64,000 nt of DNA. Origin: Flavobacteriales bacterium. GTDB taxonomy: Bacteria; Bacteroidota; Bacteroidia; Flavobacteriales_D; CALLUQ01. The DNA lies in the NCBI GenBank assembly GCA_963669295.1, contig OY769938.1, positions 722,792 to 786,791 on the forward strand, read 5' to 3'. The translations under genes and the position numbers were made by a program. The notes beneath the pieces are model-generated. The model was not told where the DNA came from. It saw only the letters and a list, made by a program, of their open reading frames with translations, and searched no databases. This document shows positions 32,530-41,917 of the stretch, in pieces (within the stretch, counting starts at the first letter, position 1; every line of letters begins with the position of its first letter).

Positions 32530-33192
32530 TTACTCACCAGCTTCGTCAGCAGTAGCTTCATCGTTGCCACCAGCCAATTCGAAAGTACCGATGAATGAAT
32601 CAACATCTTCTTGAGAAGGATAGCTTCCATCTCTTAAGATCGCTACCTGGTACAGTCTGTTGTCTACTAAGTACACTTCGTATACTACGTAGTAAGAGCT
32701 GTTATTGCCTTTGAAGTACAACCCTGGGTTGCCATCCAATTCGATTTCTCTTTCTTCATCTAATGTAGAGATGCCTAAGCTACCCAATGCACCATCTTTA
32801 CCACCTTGCAACAAGGTTTGAGGATCGCTCAATTCGATCAATGCAGAAGGGTAATCAGAGTAAGCTACCATAAATGCTTCGGTAATGCTTTTCTCGTACA
32901 TGAATGTTTTCATTTCGATGTTACCTACTTCAGTAGGAACAGTTTCGTCTGAGATGGTAGGAGCTCCCTGGAAAAAGATTTTGAAGTGTCCGTCTGCCGA
33001 CTCAAAAGTTTCGCCACCAGTTGACATTTCATCTGACATGTCCATTTCATCCAATTCGTCCAATGCGCTTTCCAATTCACTGAAAGCATCTTCCATTGCT
33101 TGCTCATCGGCCTCGCTAGGTCCACAGCTTACTACAAACCCTGCAAAAAGAAGAGGTAAAAGGTAAGCCAATGGTTGCTTAAATAATTTCAT
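32530..33192 (-). CDS. lipoprotein with a single copy of the same domain of about 145 aa (paralog of 31366..32412)
   Basis: Lipobox FVVSCG and an acidic linker. Then FKIFFQGAPTISDETVPTEVGNIEMKTFMYEKSITEAFMVAYSDYPSALIELS..., closely matching both domains of the neighbouring gene. Confidence 0.6.
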   Translation of the reverse strand: MKLFKQPLAYLLPLLFAGFVVSCGPSEADEQAMEDAFSELESALDELDEMDMSDEMSTGGETFESADGHFKIFFQGAPTISDETVPTEVGNIEMKTFMYEKSITEAFMVAYSDYPSALIELSDPQTLLQGGKDGALGSLGISTLDEEREIELDGNPGLYFKGNNSSYYVVYEVYLVDNRLYQVAILRDGSYPSQEDVDSFIGTFELAGGNDEATADEAGE

Positions 33193-33342
33193 GGTTGTAA
33201 TTAATTAGTTCGAGTATTTTTTATTTTGCTTGATTAAGGCGGCAAGATATAAAAACTTTACCTTTAACCCCTCCTAAATCTTAAATATTTTTTGAATTTA
33301 TAACACTATATCAATCAGCAACTTGCAACTTATACAGCCCAT

Positions 33343-33350
33343 TATTTTTG
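33343..33350 (+). promoter_or_regulatory. Bacteroidota-type -7 promoter box
   Basis: TATTTTTG matches TAnnTTTG and lies 17 nt upstream of ATG 33368. Confidence 0.35.
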
Positions 33351-33367
33351 CATTAAATTTCTAGCCC

Positions 33368-34009
33368 ATGGATTTTTTAGACCCGCAACTCGATGCTTAT
33401 GTAGTAGCCAACACCGAAAAAGAACCGGAAATATTGGCCAAACTCAATAGAGACACCAATTTAAATGTATTGTCGCCCCGCATGTTGGCCGGCCATTTTC
33501 AAGGCCGCACATTGAGTATGATTAGTAAGATGATTAACCCCAAACACGTGTTAGAAATTGGCACCTTTACTGGCTATTCAGCCATTTGTCTTGCAGAAGG
33601 TTTGCAAGCAGGTGGTTCGTTACACACCATCGATATTAACGAAGAGCTTCAATCGATGATTGAGCGTTACCTCGATGAAGCGGGCATTGCCGACAAGGTG
33701 CATCTACACATTGGCAATGCCATGGACATTGTGCCTACCATCGAAGGCAATTTTGACCTGGTATACCTCGATGCCGATAAAGACAATTACGCCAATTATT
33801 ACGACATGGTATTCGACCGCGTGAACCCGGGCGGATACATCATTGCCGACAACGTACTTTGGAGCGGCAAGGTGTTAGAAAACTACGATTCGCTGGACCT
33901 CGACACGAAAAGCCTGGTGGACTACAGCAAGAAAATTCAAGACGACCCCAGGGTAGAGAATGTGTTGTTTCCTATTAGGGATGGGTTGATGATTGCCCGG
34001 AAGAAGTGA
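33368..34009 (+). CDS. class I SAM-dependent O-methyltransferase (caffeoyl-CoA O-methyltransferase-like family)
   Basis: SAM motif VLEIGTFTGYSA, then VYLDADKDNY and ADNVLWSG, as in the cation-dependent O-methyltransferase family. Confidence 0.85.
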   Translation: MDFLDPQLDAYVVANTEKEPEILAKLNRDTNLNVLSPRMLAGHFQGRTLSMISKMINPKHVLEIGTFTGYSAICLAEGLQAGGSLHTIDINEELQSMIERYLDEAGIADKVHLHIGNAMDIVPTIEGNFDLVYLDADKDNYANYYDMVFDRVNPGGYIIADNVLWSGKVLENYDSLDLDTKSLVDYSKKIQDDPRVENVLFPIRDGLMIARKK

Positions 34010-34290
34010 ACGAAAAGAATAGACCCTGAAACAAGTTCAGGGTGACAGGCAGGGATGCATTCCGCCTGAGGTAAATCACTTAGGCACCAGGAATGGGATA
34101 AGGTGACGTGAGAGGTGTGTTAGAGTCTCGATAGCCATCGGGGTGCCTGTGCAGGAGTAATGGTATGTAGGAATGTGAGCGAGTGTTTGAGTGCTTGCCT
34201 AAACAAAGCGAAGGCAAGTGTATCGAAGACCGAGCGTGAGGAACGTTGGTAAATGAAGTGTGAGAATGAGGAGAGTGAAGAATGGGGGTG

Positions 34291-35013
34291 TTAGTAAGAA
34301 GGGGTATTGATGTGGAGGCCAATGATGAGGCGGGGCAGTTCGGGGTAATGTGCTCCTTTGTTGTTAAACACATCCGACAGGCGATAACGGCCGTATAAGG
34401 CAAAAAACTCCCCTCCGAAGCGCACCATTATCCCATGATTCAAGGTGTTGAGGTAATCCATGCCCTTATTGGTAACCTTGGTGGTAGTGGCTCCTGAAGG
34501 CAACGGTGGGTGATGCTCATCTCTAAAGGTATGCTTCGCCCCCATCTTGTACGATCCGTAAAGACCAAAATCGAGGTAGGTGCCCATGTAGTCGCCTCGT
34601 TTGCCAAAGCTCAATCGGTTGTATACTTCACCGTAAAAGTTGTCGAGTACCAACCGTTCTTTATCGTGCAACAGTGTATCGGGCAGTATTTTCGACGAGT
34701 CTTGCTCCAACCGGTACCAGGTGCGCGTTACCCCCATGCCTAACCCTACACTATACCATTCGGCCAACTTGCGCTTGTATACATAACCAAAAATAAACTG
34801 CGAAGAGTTTCCGTATTTGATGTCACCTCCAGCACCTTCTGTTTCACTGGCCACAAATCCTACTCCGGTAATGCCATACATATGATTAGCCCGATTAGGC
34901 CCCCAATTGGCCACCAGGGTATCTTCATTCACATCTTCCTCCATCAAAATGGTTTGCGACCAACCTATGGTGGCCCATAACATCAATCCGATCAATGCAC
35001 TGTACTGCTTCAT
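34291..35013 (-). CDS. hypothetical outer-membrane beta-barrel-like protein
   Basis: Signal peptide and alternating aromatic/Gly-rich beta-strand pattern. Starts 3 nt after the S8 peptidase stop, so the two are probably co-transcribed. Confidence 0.5.
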   Translation of the reverse strand: MKQYSALIGLMLWATIGWSQTILMEEDVNEDTLVANWGPNRANHMYGITGVGFVASETEGAGGDIKYGNSSQFIFGYVYKRKLAEWYSVGLGMGVTRTWYRLEQDSSKILPDTLLHDKERLVLDNFYGEVYNRLSFGKRGDYMGTYLDFGLYGSYKMGAKHTFRDEHHPPLPSGATTTKVTNKGMDYLNTLNHGIMVRFGGEFFALYGRYRLSDVFNNKGAHYPELPRLIIGLHINTPSY

Positions 35014-35016
35014 CCG

Positions 35017-36684
35017 TTAAAAATGGTAAGTATTGGTAAATCCATTGTAATGTACTCGTAAGGTACTGCCTTTTTCCAACTCTACTTCACTCAAAATAAG
35101 TACTTCTTTCGAGTTTACTTTTACCACAAAATATTTATCGAGGTATCCCTTCGAGTTTTCGATGTGGTAAAATAAATGGCAGGGCATCTTCTGGTGCACT
35201 TTTTCTTCTATCATAAGGTTTTCGAGCAATCCTCGCCCTACCTTTTCTACTTCATGAATGTTTTCCCAGCCATCTTGTTCTACATATTCCTGCCAATTGG
35301 TAACGCTATCCGTGCAAAAAGCATTATCCCTAATTTTAATGTAGCGTTCTCCCGATTTGGTGATCAGGTCGAAAGTAGTGTCGGCTGCTTGCCTTACATT
35401 CAATACGTTACGGGCATGAGGCACTCCATACCCATGCGCATAATCGAAATACGGATACAAGTCGGCTGCCTGCTCAATGGTTTTAAACAATTCCATGGCT
35501 TTTAACGTACTGTCGTGCTGCAACACACATGCTGCAAATCCAGCTACCATTGGACTTGCAAACGAAGTGCCTTCAGCAAATGAAGTGCCCTTTTTACTGC
35601 GTATTACCACATCTCCAAAGGCGCATACGTTCGGTTTCATCCGTTTGTCCCATGTAGGGCCATAAGAGCTAAAAGTATTGTGAAAACCGGTCCATGGGTT
35701 GATCCCGCCTACAGTTAGCACACTGTCGGCATCAGCGGGGGTGATCATAATTTTCCACCCTCCATCGCCCAGGTTTCCGGCCGCATTTACAAACAGTATT
35801 CCTTTGCGTACTGCCCTATTGGTGGCCCGCGCCACCAGGCTTGTTTTGCCATCCATTTCTTCAATGAAATAGTTGCGTGTGGTATACCCCATCGAGCTGT
35901 TGATGATGTCTACCCCATGTTGGTCGGCCCATTCAATGGCTTCCACCCAGTTTTCTTCCAACGGCCGCACCGACCCTTTTTCTACCCGCGCCAGTAGGTA
36001 TTCAGCTCCAGTGGCCAATCCCATTGGCACACCTTTATGTATGCCTGCCATGCACGAAAGCACTGAAGTACCATGCGTATTATAGGCATAAACAAACTCT
36101 TTTTCTTTTACAAAGTCCCAGGTTTTCACAATACGGTTTTCATCCCGCAAGTGCTTAAATTCATCGGCCAGGTCTACCGCTGGGAATCCTCCATCAAAGA
36201 TGGCGATGCGCACCCCTTTGCCATCAATATCTTGCGCTCTAAAAAGGTCGCCACCCAGCCGTTTGGTTTGCGCCAACAACAACGTCCATTTGCTACTCAC
36301 TTGTTCTACCGAATCGGCAACTGCCAATTGTGATTGAACCCCACTGATGCCTCGTACAGCACGCACAAAAGGCAATGTTTCCAACCAGGCTACTTGTGCT
36401 TCAGTAGCCTCGCAAGCTACCGCATTGAACCAGCGCGATTGCCCGGTAATGATTATTACCCCATTGGTTACTGTTTGCACATAAGATGTATTGAGAGGGT
36501 AATCGCTTACGTCATCAAGCGGTAAGCCGTGTTTGATGCGTCGTTCTATGGCTTTACCATCAAAAAAAGTGTAGGGATCGAACTGTACCCCATCTTTATC
36601 GGTGAAAAACACCCAGTACCGGTCTTGCGCAGATACGGCTGTGCTCAACAATAGGGCAAGTAAGATATAGTAGTGTTTGCGCAT
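35017..36684 (-). CDS. S8 family (subtilisin-like) serine peptidase
   Basis: Catalytic triad contexts IAIFDGGF (Asp), HGTSVLS (His) and [11 protein letters not shown] (Ser). Signal peptide. Confidence 0.85.
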   Translation of the reverse strand: MRKHYYILLALLLSTAVSAQDRYWVFFTDKDGVQFDPYTFFDGKAIERRIKHGLPLDDVSDYPLNTSYVQTVTNGVIIITGQSRWFNAVACEATEAQVAWLETLPFVRAVRGISGVQSQLAVADSVEQVSSKWTLLLAQTKRLGGDLFRAQDIDGKGVRIAIFDGGFPAVDLADEFKHLRDENRIVKTWDFVKEKEFVYAYNTHGTSVLSCMAGIHKGVPMGLATGAEYLLARVEKGSVRPLEENWVEAIEWADQHGVDIINSSMGYTTRNYFIEEMDGKTSLVARATNRAVRKGILFVNAAGNLGDGGWKIMITPADADSVLTVGGINPWTGFHNTFSSYGPTWDKRMKPNVCAFGDVVIRSKKGTSFAEGTSFASPMVAGFAACVLQHDSTLKAMELFKTIEQAADLYPYFDYAHGYGVPHARNVLNVRQAADTTFDLITKSGERYIKIRDNAFCTDSVTNWQEYVEQDGWENIHEVEKVGRGLLENLMIEEKVHQKMPCHLFYHIENSKGYLDKYFVVKVNSKEVLILSEVELEKGSTLRVHYNGFTNTYHF

Positions 36685-36737
36685 GTATAATTTGTAAAAA
36701 TAAGGATATATTTAACCCTCAACAAACACAACAGTTC

Positions 36738-37772
36738 ATGATCATTGATTTGCGGAGCGATACGGTTACACGCCCTACTCCCGGCATGCTAGCAGCCATG
36801 CATTCGGCACCGGTAGGCGACGATGTTTTTAACGAAGACCCTACCATCATTGCATTGGAAGAAAAAGCGGCCACCTTGTTTGGTATGGAAGCTGCCATCT
36901 TTTGTCCTTCGGGCACCATGACCAATCAGATTGCCATCAAAGTACACACCCAACCGGGCGATGAAGTGATTTGCCATCGCTTATCGCATATTTACAATTA
37001 TGAAGGTGGAGGCATTGCCATGAATTCGGGCGCTTCCATGCGTTTGATTGAAGGAGACAGAGGGCGTTTTACTGCCCGGGATGTGGTGAGCAACATCAAC
37101 CCTAACGACATTCACTTTCCCATCACCTCTATGGTGGGGGTAGAAAACACCTGCAACAAAGGAGGAGGTTGTTATTACGATTTTGCCCATTTACAAGCCA
37201 TTGGCAGTGCGTGCAAACAACACGATTTGGCCTTACACCTCGATGGTGCCCGGCTGTTTAATGCCCTTGTTGAAACACCCGAAACGGCAGCCAACTACGG
37301 GCAGGTATTCGACACTATTTCCATTTGTTTATCGAAAGGGTTGGGTGCTCCGGTAGGGTCGTTATTGCTGGGCACAGCCGCACACATTCAACGTGCTCGA
37401 AGAATAAGAAAAGTATTGGGCGGTGGCATGCGTCAGGCAGGTTATCTTGCTGCAGCGGGCATTTATGCCCTGGATCACCATGTAGACCGACTGGTGGAAG
37501 ACCACCAACGTGCCAAAGCCATGGAAAGCATATTACAGCCCTTGCCCTTTGTAAAGCAAGTGCTGCCGGTAGACACCAATATCGTGGTGTTTGAGTTGGC
37601 TGGCGATCTTACCAACGAAGCATTTATTGGTCAACTGGAAACACAAGGCGTAAAGGTAGTGCCCTTTGGTCCTCAAACCATTCGCATGACTGCTCATCTC
37701 GATTTCGACGACGATCAGCTTACTGCCCTGGAACAGGTATTGAAAAGTTATTCGTTATCCACTGCCGGATAA
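36738..37772 (+). CDS. ltaE: low-specificity L-threonine aldolase (PLP-dependent)
   Basis: N-terminal [17 protein letters not shown], and PLP-lysine context [11 protein letters not shown], characteristic of threonine aldolases. Confidence 0.8.
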   Translation: MIIDLRSDTVTRPTPGMLAAMHSAPVGDDVFNEDPTIIALEEKAATLFGMEAAIFCPSGTMTNQIAIKVHTQPGDEVICHRLSHIYNYEGGGIAMNSGASMRLIEGDRGRFTARDVVSNINPNDIHFPITSMVGVENTCNKGGGCYYDFAHLQAIGSACKQHDLALHLDGARLFNALVETPETAANYGQVFDTISICLSKGLGAPVGSLLLGTAAHIQRARRIRKVLGGGMRQAGYLAAAGIYALDHHVDRLVEDHQRAKAMESILQPLPFVKQVLPVDTNIVVFELAGDLTNEAFIGQLETQGVKVVPFGPQTIRMTAHLDFDDDQLTALEQVLKSYSLSTAG

Positions 37773-37845
37773 AACTGGTAGAACAAAACCACCGTTTTAG
37801 CGAAATCAGTTGACACTACTTTTTCACATTTAGTATATTGGCACC

Positions 37846-38985
37846 ATGAGCGAAACTGCTTTTGATGTAATGAGCTTTGATGCGATTCGCCCTTACTACG
37901 ATCATGAAGTGAATGAAGTAGTAGCCCGGTTGCTGAACGACGAAAGCTACCTGCAATTGGCTCGGGTGTTTTTCCCCGGGTCAGACGACGACATCAAGGC
38001 CTATACCTCCTCCATCAACTCCAACCTTGAATTTCAAGCCAAAGTAGTTTATCCGGCCATTCAAAACATCCTGGAAAATAGCAGCGATGGATTGACCTGT
38101 TCAGGCATCGATCGGTTGGACCCTAAACAAGGCTACCTGTTTATTTCCAACCATCGCGACATCATTCTCGACTCGGCATTGATTAACAATGTGCTGTATG
38201 AAAATGGGCACAACACCACCGAAATTGCCATTGGCAACAACCTACTCACCCAGCCGTGGATCAAAGATTTGGTGAAGCTCAACAAAAGTTTTATTGTTCA
38301 TCGCGATGTATCGCCCCGCCAGTTGGTATTGTACTCGCAACGGTTGTCGAACTACATTCGCCACAACATTACCGAGCGCATGGCATCGGTTTGGATTGCT
38401 CAAAAAGAAGGGCGCACCAAAGATGGTAACGACCAAACTCATGCTGGTTTGTTGAAGATGTTTGGTATGGGGGGCAGCGACTTTATTGCCGATTATAAGG
38501 CCCTTAACATTGTGCCCGTATCGCTATCGTATGAATACGACCCGTGCGACGCCTTGAAGGTAGAGGAGTTGCATTTTCAAGACCCTAACATTACTGTGGA
38601 AGAAGATCAGGTGGTAGACATGAACAACATGATTACCGGGGTAAAAGGGCGAAAAGGGAAAATACACATTGCCTTTGGCACTCCTATTCAACAGGAATTG
38701 GATGCGTTGAAGGAGTTGAATAAGAATGAGCAATTCAAAGCACTGGCCAGCCTTATCGATGCTCAAATTTACCGCAACTATGTGTTGTATCCATGCAACT
38801 ACATTGCTGCCGACATGTTGAATGAACCTAAATACACCGACCGGTATACGGTTGCTGAACGTGCTGCTTTTCATCAATACATTGAGCAGCAGGCCAACAC
38901 ACTGCCTCACGACCGCCAAAAGGTAGTGCAAACGTTAGTGGAGATGTATGCTTATCCGGTTTGGAATCAGGGGGAGGTGTTGTAA
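37846..38985 (+). CDS. acyltransferase (PlsC/LPLAT superfamily-like)
   Basis: HX4D motif in FISNHRDIILDSA, with a downstream EGRTKDG motif. Confidence 0.65.
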   Translation: MSETAFDVMSFDAIRPYYDHEVNEVVARLLNDESYLQLARVFFPGSDDDIKAYTSSINSNLEFQAKVVYPAIQNILENSSDGLTCSGIDRLDPKQGYLFISNHRDIILDSALINNVLYENGHNTTEIAIGNNLLTQPWIKDLVKLNKSFIVHRDVSPRQLVLYSQRLSNYIRHNITERMASVWIAQKEGRTKDGNDQTHAGLLKMFGMGGSDFIADYKALNIVPVSLSYEYDPCDALKVEELHFQDPNITVEEDQVVDMNNMITGVKGRKGKIHIAFGTPIQQELDALKELNKNEQFKALASLIDAQIYRNYVLYPCNYIAADMLNEPKYTDRYTVAERAAFHQYIEQQANTLPHDRQKVVQTLVEMYAYPVWNQGEVL

Positions 38986-39102
38986 TGGATTTCCATTTCT
39001 CTCTGGCATCAAGCTGATGAAAAGATAGTAACCACCTCATAACAAAACAACCTTGTTTCTGGCCAACATTTGTATCGTTTTTTTAGTACCTTGGATACAT
39101 AA

Positions 39103-39756
39103 ATGTATTACTACCGTCTCCTTCATTCGCTTCTCCTACTTTTGTGCATACTGCTATTCAACACGGCAAGCGCGCAAGAAACCATCGTATTTGAAGTTGA
39201 TGAGGGCGTAGAGAAACGCTCACAGTTTAGAAGTAGCGAACTAAGTGTAGGTGTACTAGCTGAGTTAGAACGGTATCCCTATGATCGTACCACCGTAAGC
39301 CAAAGAACAACGATGCTATATACCACTTCCCTTTCACTCAATTACAAACAGGCAAGTGTGTTTATCGGCTTTCCTCTACCCATCGATCAACTCGACAAAA
39401 CAACTAGCATGGCCTTTCAATTCGGAAGTCAATTTAGGCTTCCCTTGTCAAAGTCATCGACTGCATTTTTGCAATTGAAAGGAATGCTGTTGGCTTATGA
39501 ATTCATCGATAACAATCCGAAACAAAGTTTCAGCGATCAACAGTTCAATACCACATCCGTTGCATTAGATGTTGGCTATATCATTGGATTAGGAAAGGGG
39601 TTTCAATTCAACTTTGGAGTTGGATATTGGGCTGGCACCTACAAGGATGAATATGTGGATTACAAAGGAGATCGGGTTTCTGACCCCTCCAGCCTGGGAG
39701 GAGTGCATTTCTTTTTTGGTGTACAGCATAACTTTAGTTTAGGGTCAAAAGAATAG
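39103..39756 (+). CDS. hypothetical outer-membrane beta-barrel-like protein
   Basis: Signal peptide ending SAQE, with beta-strand-like periodicity. No family recognised. Confidence 0.45.
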   Translation: MYYYRLLHSLLLLLCILLFNTASAQETIVFEVDEGVEKRSQFRSSELSVGVLAELERYPYDRTTVSQRTTMLYTTSLSLNYKQASVFIGFPLPIDQLDKTTSMAFQFGSQFRLPLSKSSTAFLQLKGMLLAYEFIDNNPKQSFSDQQFNTTSVALDVGYIIGLGKGFQFNFGVGYWAGTYKDEYVDYKGDRVSDPSSLGGVHFFFGVQHNFSLGSKE

Positions 39757-39868
39757 TAATTTTTTACTATTTATAAAAAAATGTGGAACATCGCACAGCG
39801 TCAGAAGACCTTGTCTCATCCCACTTACTGCATGAAGGAAAAACGCAACAAAAGCACCTAAAAATCGT

Positions 39869-39876
39869 TATATTTG
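39869..39876 (+). promoter_or_regulatory. Bacteroidota-type -7 promoter box upstream of the antitoxin gene
   Basis: TATATTTG matches TAnnTTTG and ends only 6 nt before ATG 39883. Confidence 0.35.
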
Positions 39877-39882
39877 TATAAG

Positions 39883-40134
39883 ATGACTGCATTAGAGTAT
39901 AAAGCACAGGCCATGGAATGGCTTGAAAGTGGTGACGAACAACTCGCGAAGATGGTTTATGTCTTCATCAAAACCATGAAAGATGAAGGCGAAAACCCTA
40001 CCATGGGACACGTAGGGCGTACTCCCATTACCCAACAAGACATCGAAGAAGGAATCAAAGCCTCCAATAAGGCTATTGAGGAAGGCGATTATATGACCAT
40101 CGAAGAGTTTGCGAAGACCCGCCCATGGAAGTAA
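39883..40134 (+). CDS. putative antitoxin of a ParE/RelE-type toxin-antitoxin pair
   Basis: Small acidic protein of about 83 aa. Its stop overlaps the toxin start by 10 nt. The assignment rests on position and size only. Confidence 0.55.
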   Translation: MTALEYKAQAMEWLESGDEQLAKMVYVFIKTMKDEGENPTMGHVGRTPITQQDIEEGIKASNKAIEEGDYMTIEEFAKTRPWK

Positions 40135-40439
40135 TAATCACCAGCCCTGTACAGCGGCAAATTAACCAGATATACGAGTTTTATTCTGAGGAAGGTTATC
40201 CTGGCTACGCTCAAAAAATTGATCGTTTATTGATCGAGCGTTCGTTGGAGTTGAAAAACTTTCCCCGTCGTGGGCAGGAAGAAGAATCCTTATCACACTT
40301 TGGAGAAGGGTATCGGTACATTATAGTAGAACGCTATTTTAAGGTGATTTATAAGATTGTTGGGGATGTCGTGTACATCTCCTATATTTTCAATACCCGA
40401 CAAGACCCTGAGAAGATAGCTGAAAGGCATTCGAGTTAA
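40125..40439 (+). CDS. type II toxin, RelE/ParE family
   Basis: 104 aa with a ParE-like pattern (QINQIYEFY, LKNFPRRGQ, YRYIIVERYFKVIYKIVGDVVYISYIFNTRQDP). Overlaps the upstream small gene. Confidence 0.7.
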   Translation: MEVIITSPVQRQINQIYEFYSEEGYPGYAQKIDRLLIERSLELKNFPRRGQEEESLSHFGEGYRYIIVERYFKVIYKIVGDVVYISYIFNTRQDPEKIAERHSS

Positions 40440-40747
40440 TCCTTTGGAGAAGATCCTACTAAGTGAAATTTAAAAGTATCTGGATCATCCTTGATGGCTA
40501 TTTTTATGTCCTTTCTGATTGCCAATAGTAATTCCACCAATAGCTTATCATGATTCCCACAGTGCTTTGTTGGGAGGTGGCTACCCGATTGTGGAAAAAT
40601 ATCCGACTGCTCACCATTAAAAGAGCTTACGAATAGGCCATCAACAGCAATGATGTAATCAATTGTGCATTGTGAGTGGATGGTGGTATAGAAAATAACA
40701 ATACAGTGATCGATCGATTTACCGAACAGTCTCATATCGGAATTCAT
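40436..40747 (-). CDS. hypothetical ORF, possibly a gene remnant
   Basis: 103-aa ORF squeezed between the toxin stop and the transposase relic. No convincing family; a GNHD tetrapeptide is the only hint. Confidence 0.2.
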   Translation of the reverse strand: MNSDMRLFGKSIDHCIVIFYTTIHSQCTIDYIIAVDGLFVSSFNGEQSDIFPQSGSHLPTKHCGNHDKLLVELLLAIRKDIKIAIKDDPDTFKFHLVGSSPKD

Positions 40748-41062
40748 AAGGTGATTGCATTAAGAGATACCGTACTGTCCAATTCTATAGTGGAAGCACT
40801 TTTTCGTGTACTGAAGTACGATTACCTCTACCGCATGGCTCTTAGCAATATGGCCGATTTAAAGCGAGCCATTCGAATGATGGTGGAAGATTACAACGAA
40901 TACCGTCCACACTATGCACTCAACGGTGGTACTCCTAACGAAGCATATCTTTATGATTTACCGGAAAGACAACTATTCAACGTCTACCTTCAAGCATCAA
41001 AACAAAAACGTATCGCCTATAACAAGGCACACGAATGCGGAAATTGTTTACAATTGATATAA
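40700..41062 (+). pseudogene. C-terminal remnant of an IS3-family transposase (rve integrase core tail)
   Basis: SNSIVEALFRVLKYDYLY...MVEDYNEYRPHYALNGGTPNEAY matches the conserved C-terminal end of IS3 OrfB (xESFFxxLKxE ... YNxxRPHxxLxxxTP). The DDE core and OrfA are absent. Confidence 0.65.
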
Positions 41063-41547
41063 TTCTTATCCAAAAGAGGAATATTTAGCAACTGCTGTTG
41101 AATTAAGAACGAAAAGTGAATGGCAATTGCATAGATATGCTTATCAAATACAGCGTTCCTTATAAGGAACGCTATAGTACCATGAGGTCGCGTAAGTGGC
41201 GGCGATGCAACAGATAGTAGATCAATTTCCCTGCATTGGATATTTACCTTTATTGAAGTTTAAAACAACATTTCAATCTTTGCCATCTACTTAGAGTTAA
41301 GTAATAACCACTTATCTAGATCGTCTACGGTACATAAAACATCTTAAAACTTATCCTTTAACACAACCTTTATAAATATAGTTAAAATACCGCACAAAAA
41401 AAACACATCATACCGAATCAAAACATACTATATAACAGTTGTTCTTTACAGACTTGAACAGGTACCAGGAACATGGACTGACGCACCATCGCCCGTATTA
41501 AAGCGGGACTTTCCAATAGCAACAGCAATTACTTTCCTACAAAACAT

Positions 41548-41555
41548 TAATTTTG
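41548..41555 (+). promoter_or_regulatory. Bacteroidota-type -7 promoter box
   Basis: TAATTTTG matches TAnnTTTG and lies 17 nt upstream of the yciH ATG. Confidence 0.4.
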
Positions 41556-41572
41556 CAATTCAATTCAGCGTT

Positions 41573-41917
41573 ATGGCAAAAAAGAAAAAAGGAAAAGTGA
41601 ATGTGGTGTACTCCACCAACCCCGATTATGAGTACAGCTACGACGAGGATGAGGTACAGGAAACGCTACCCCCACAACAACAAAACTTAAAAGTGCTGGT
41701 AGACCGCAAGGGACGCAAAGGAAAGGTGGCTACCCTGGTGACTGAATTTGTAGGCAGTGAAGACGATTTGAAAGAATTGGGCAAGCAGTTAAAATCGAAA
41801 TGTGGTGTTGGCGGCTCGGTGAAGGATGGTGAAATCATGATCCAGGGCGACCATGCGCAAAAGGTAATGGACCTGCTCGTTAAAGATGGCTATAAAGTAA
41901 AACGTGTAGGTGGGTGA
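41573..41917 (+). CDS. yciH: translation initiation factor SUI1/YciH family
   Basis: About 114 aa with a Lys-rich N-terminus and the SUI1 core GRKGKVATLVTEF...LKSKCGVGGSVKDGEIMIQGDH. Confidence 0.85.
   Translation: MAKKKKGKVNVVYSTNPDYEYSYDEDEVQETLPPQQQNLKVLVDRKGRKGKVATLVTEFVGSEDDLKELGKQLKSKCGVGGSVKDGEIMIQGDHAQKVMDLLVKDGYKVKRVGG

Noticed and set aside
34080-34403. 107-aa minus-strand ORF in the purine-rich tract
   Set aside because: It gives a Pro/Ser/Thr/His-rich low-complexity product dictated by the skewed composition. It also overlaps the 3-prime end of the OMP gene in another frame.
40436-40747. Possible metallophosphatase relic (GNHD tetrapeptide) in the 103-aa orphan ORF
   Set aside because: A single short motif without the other phosphoesterase motifs is not enough. 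It is kept only as a low-confidence hypothetical ORF.
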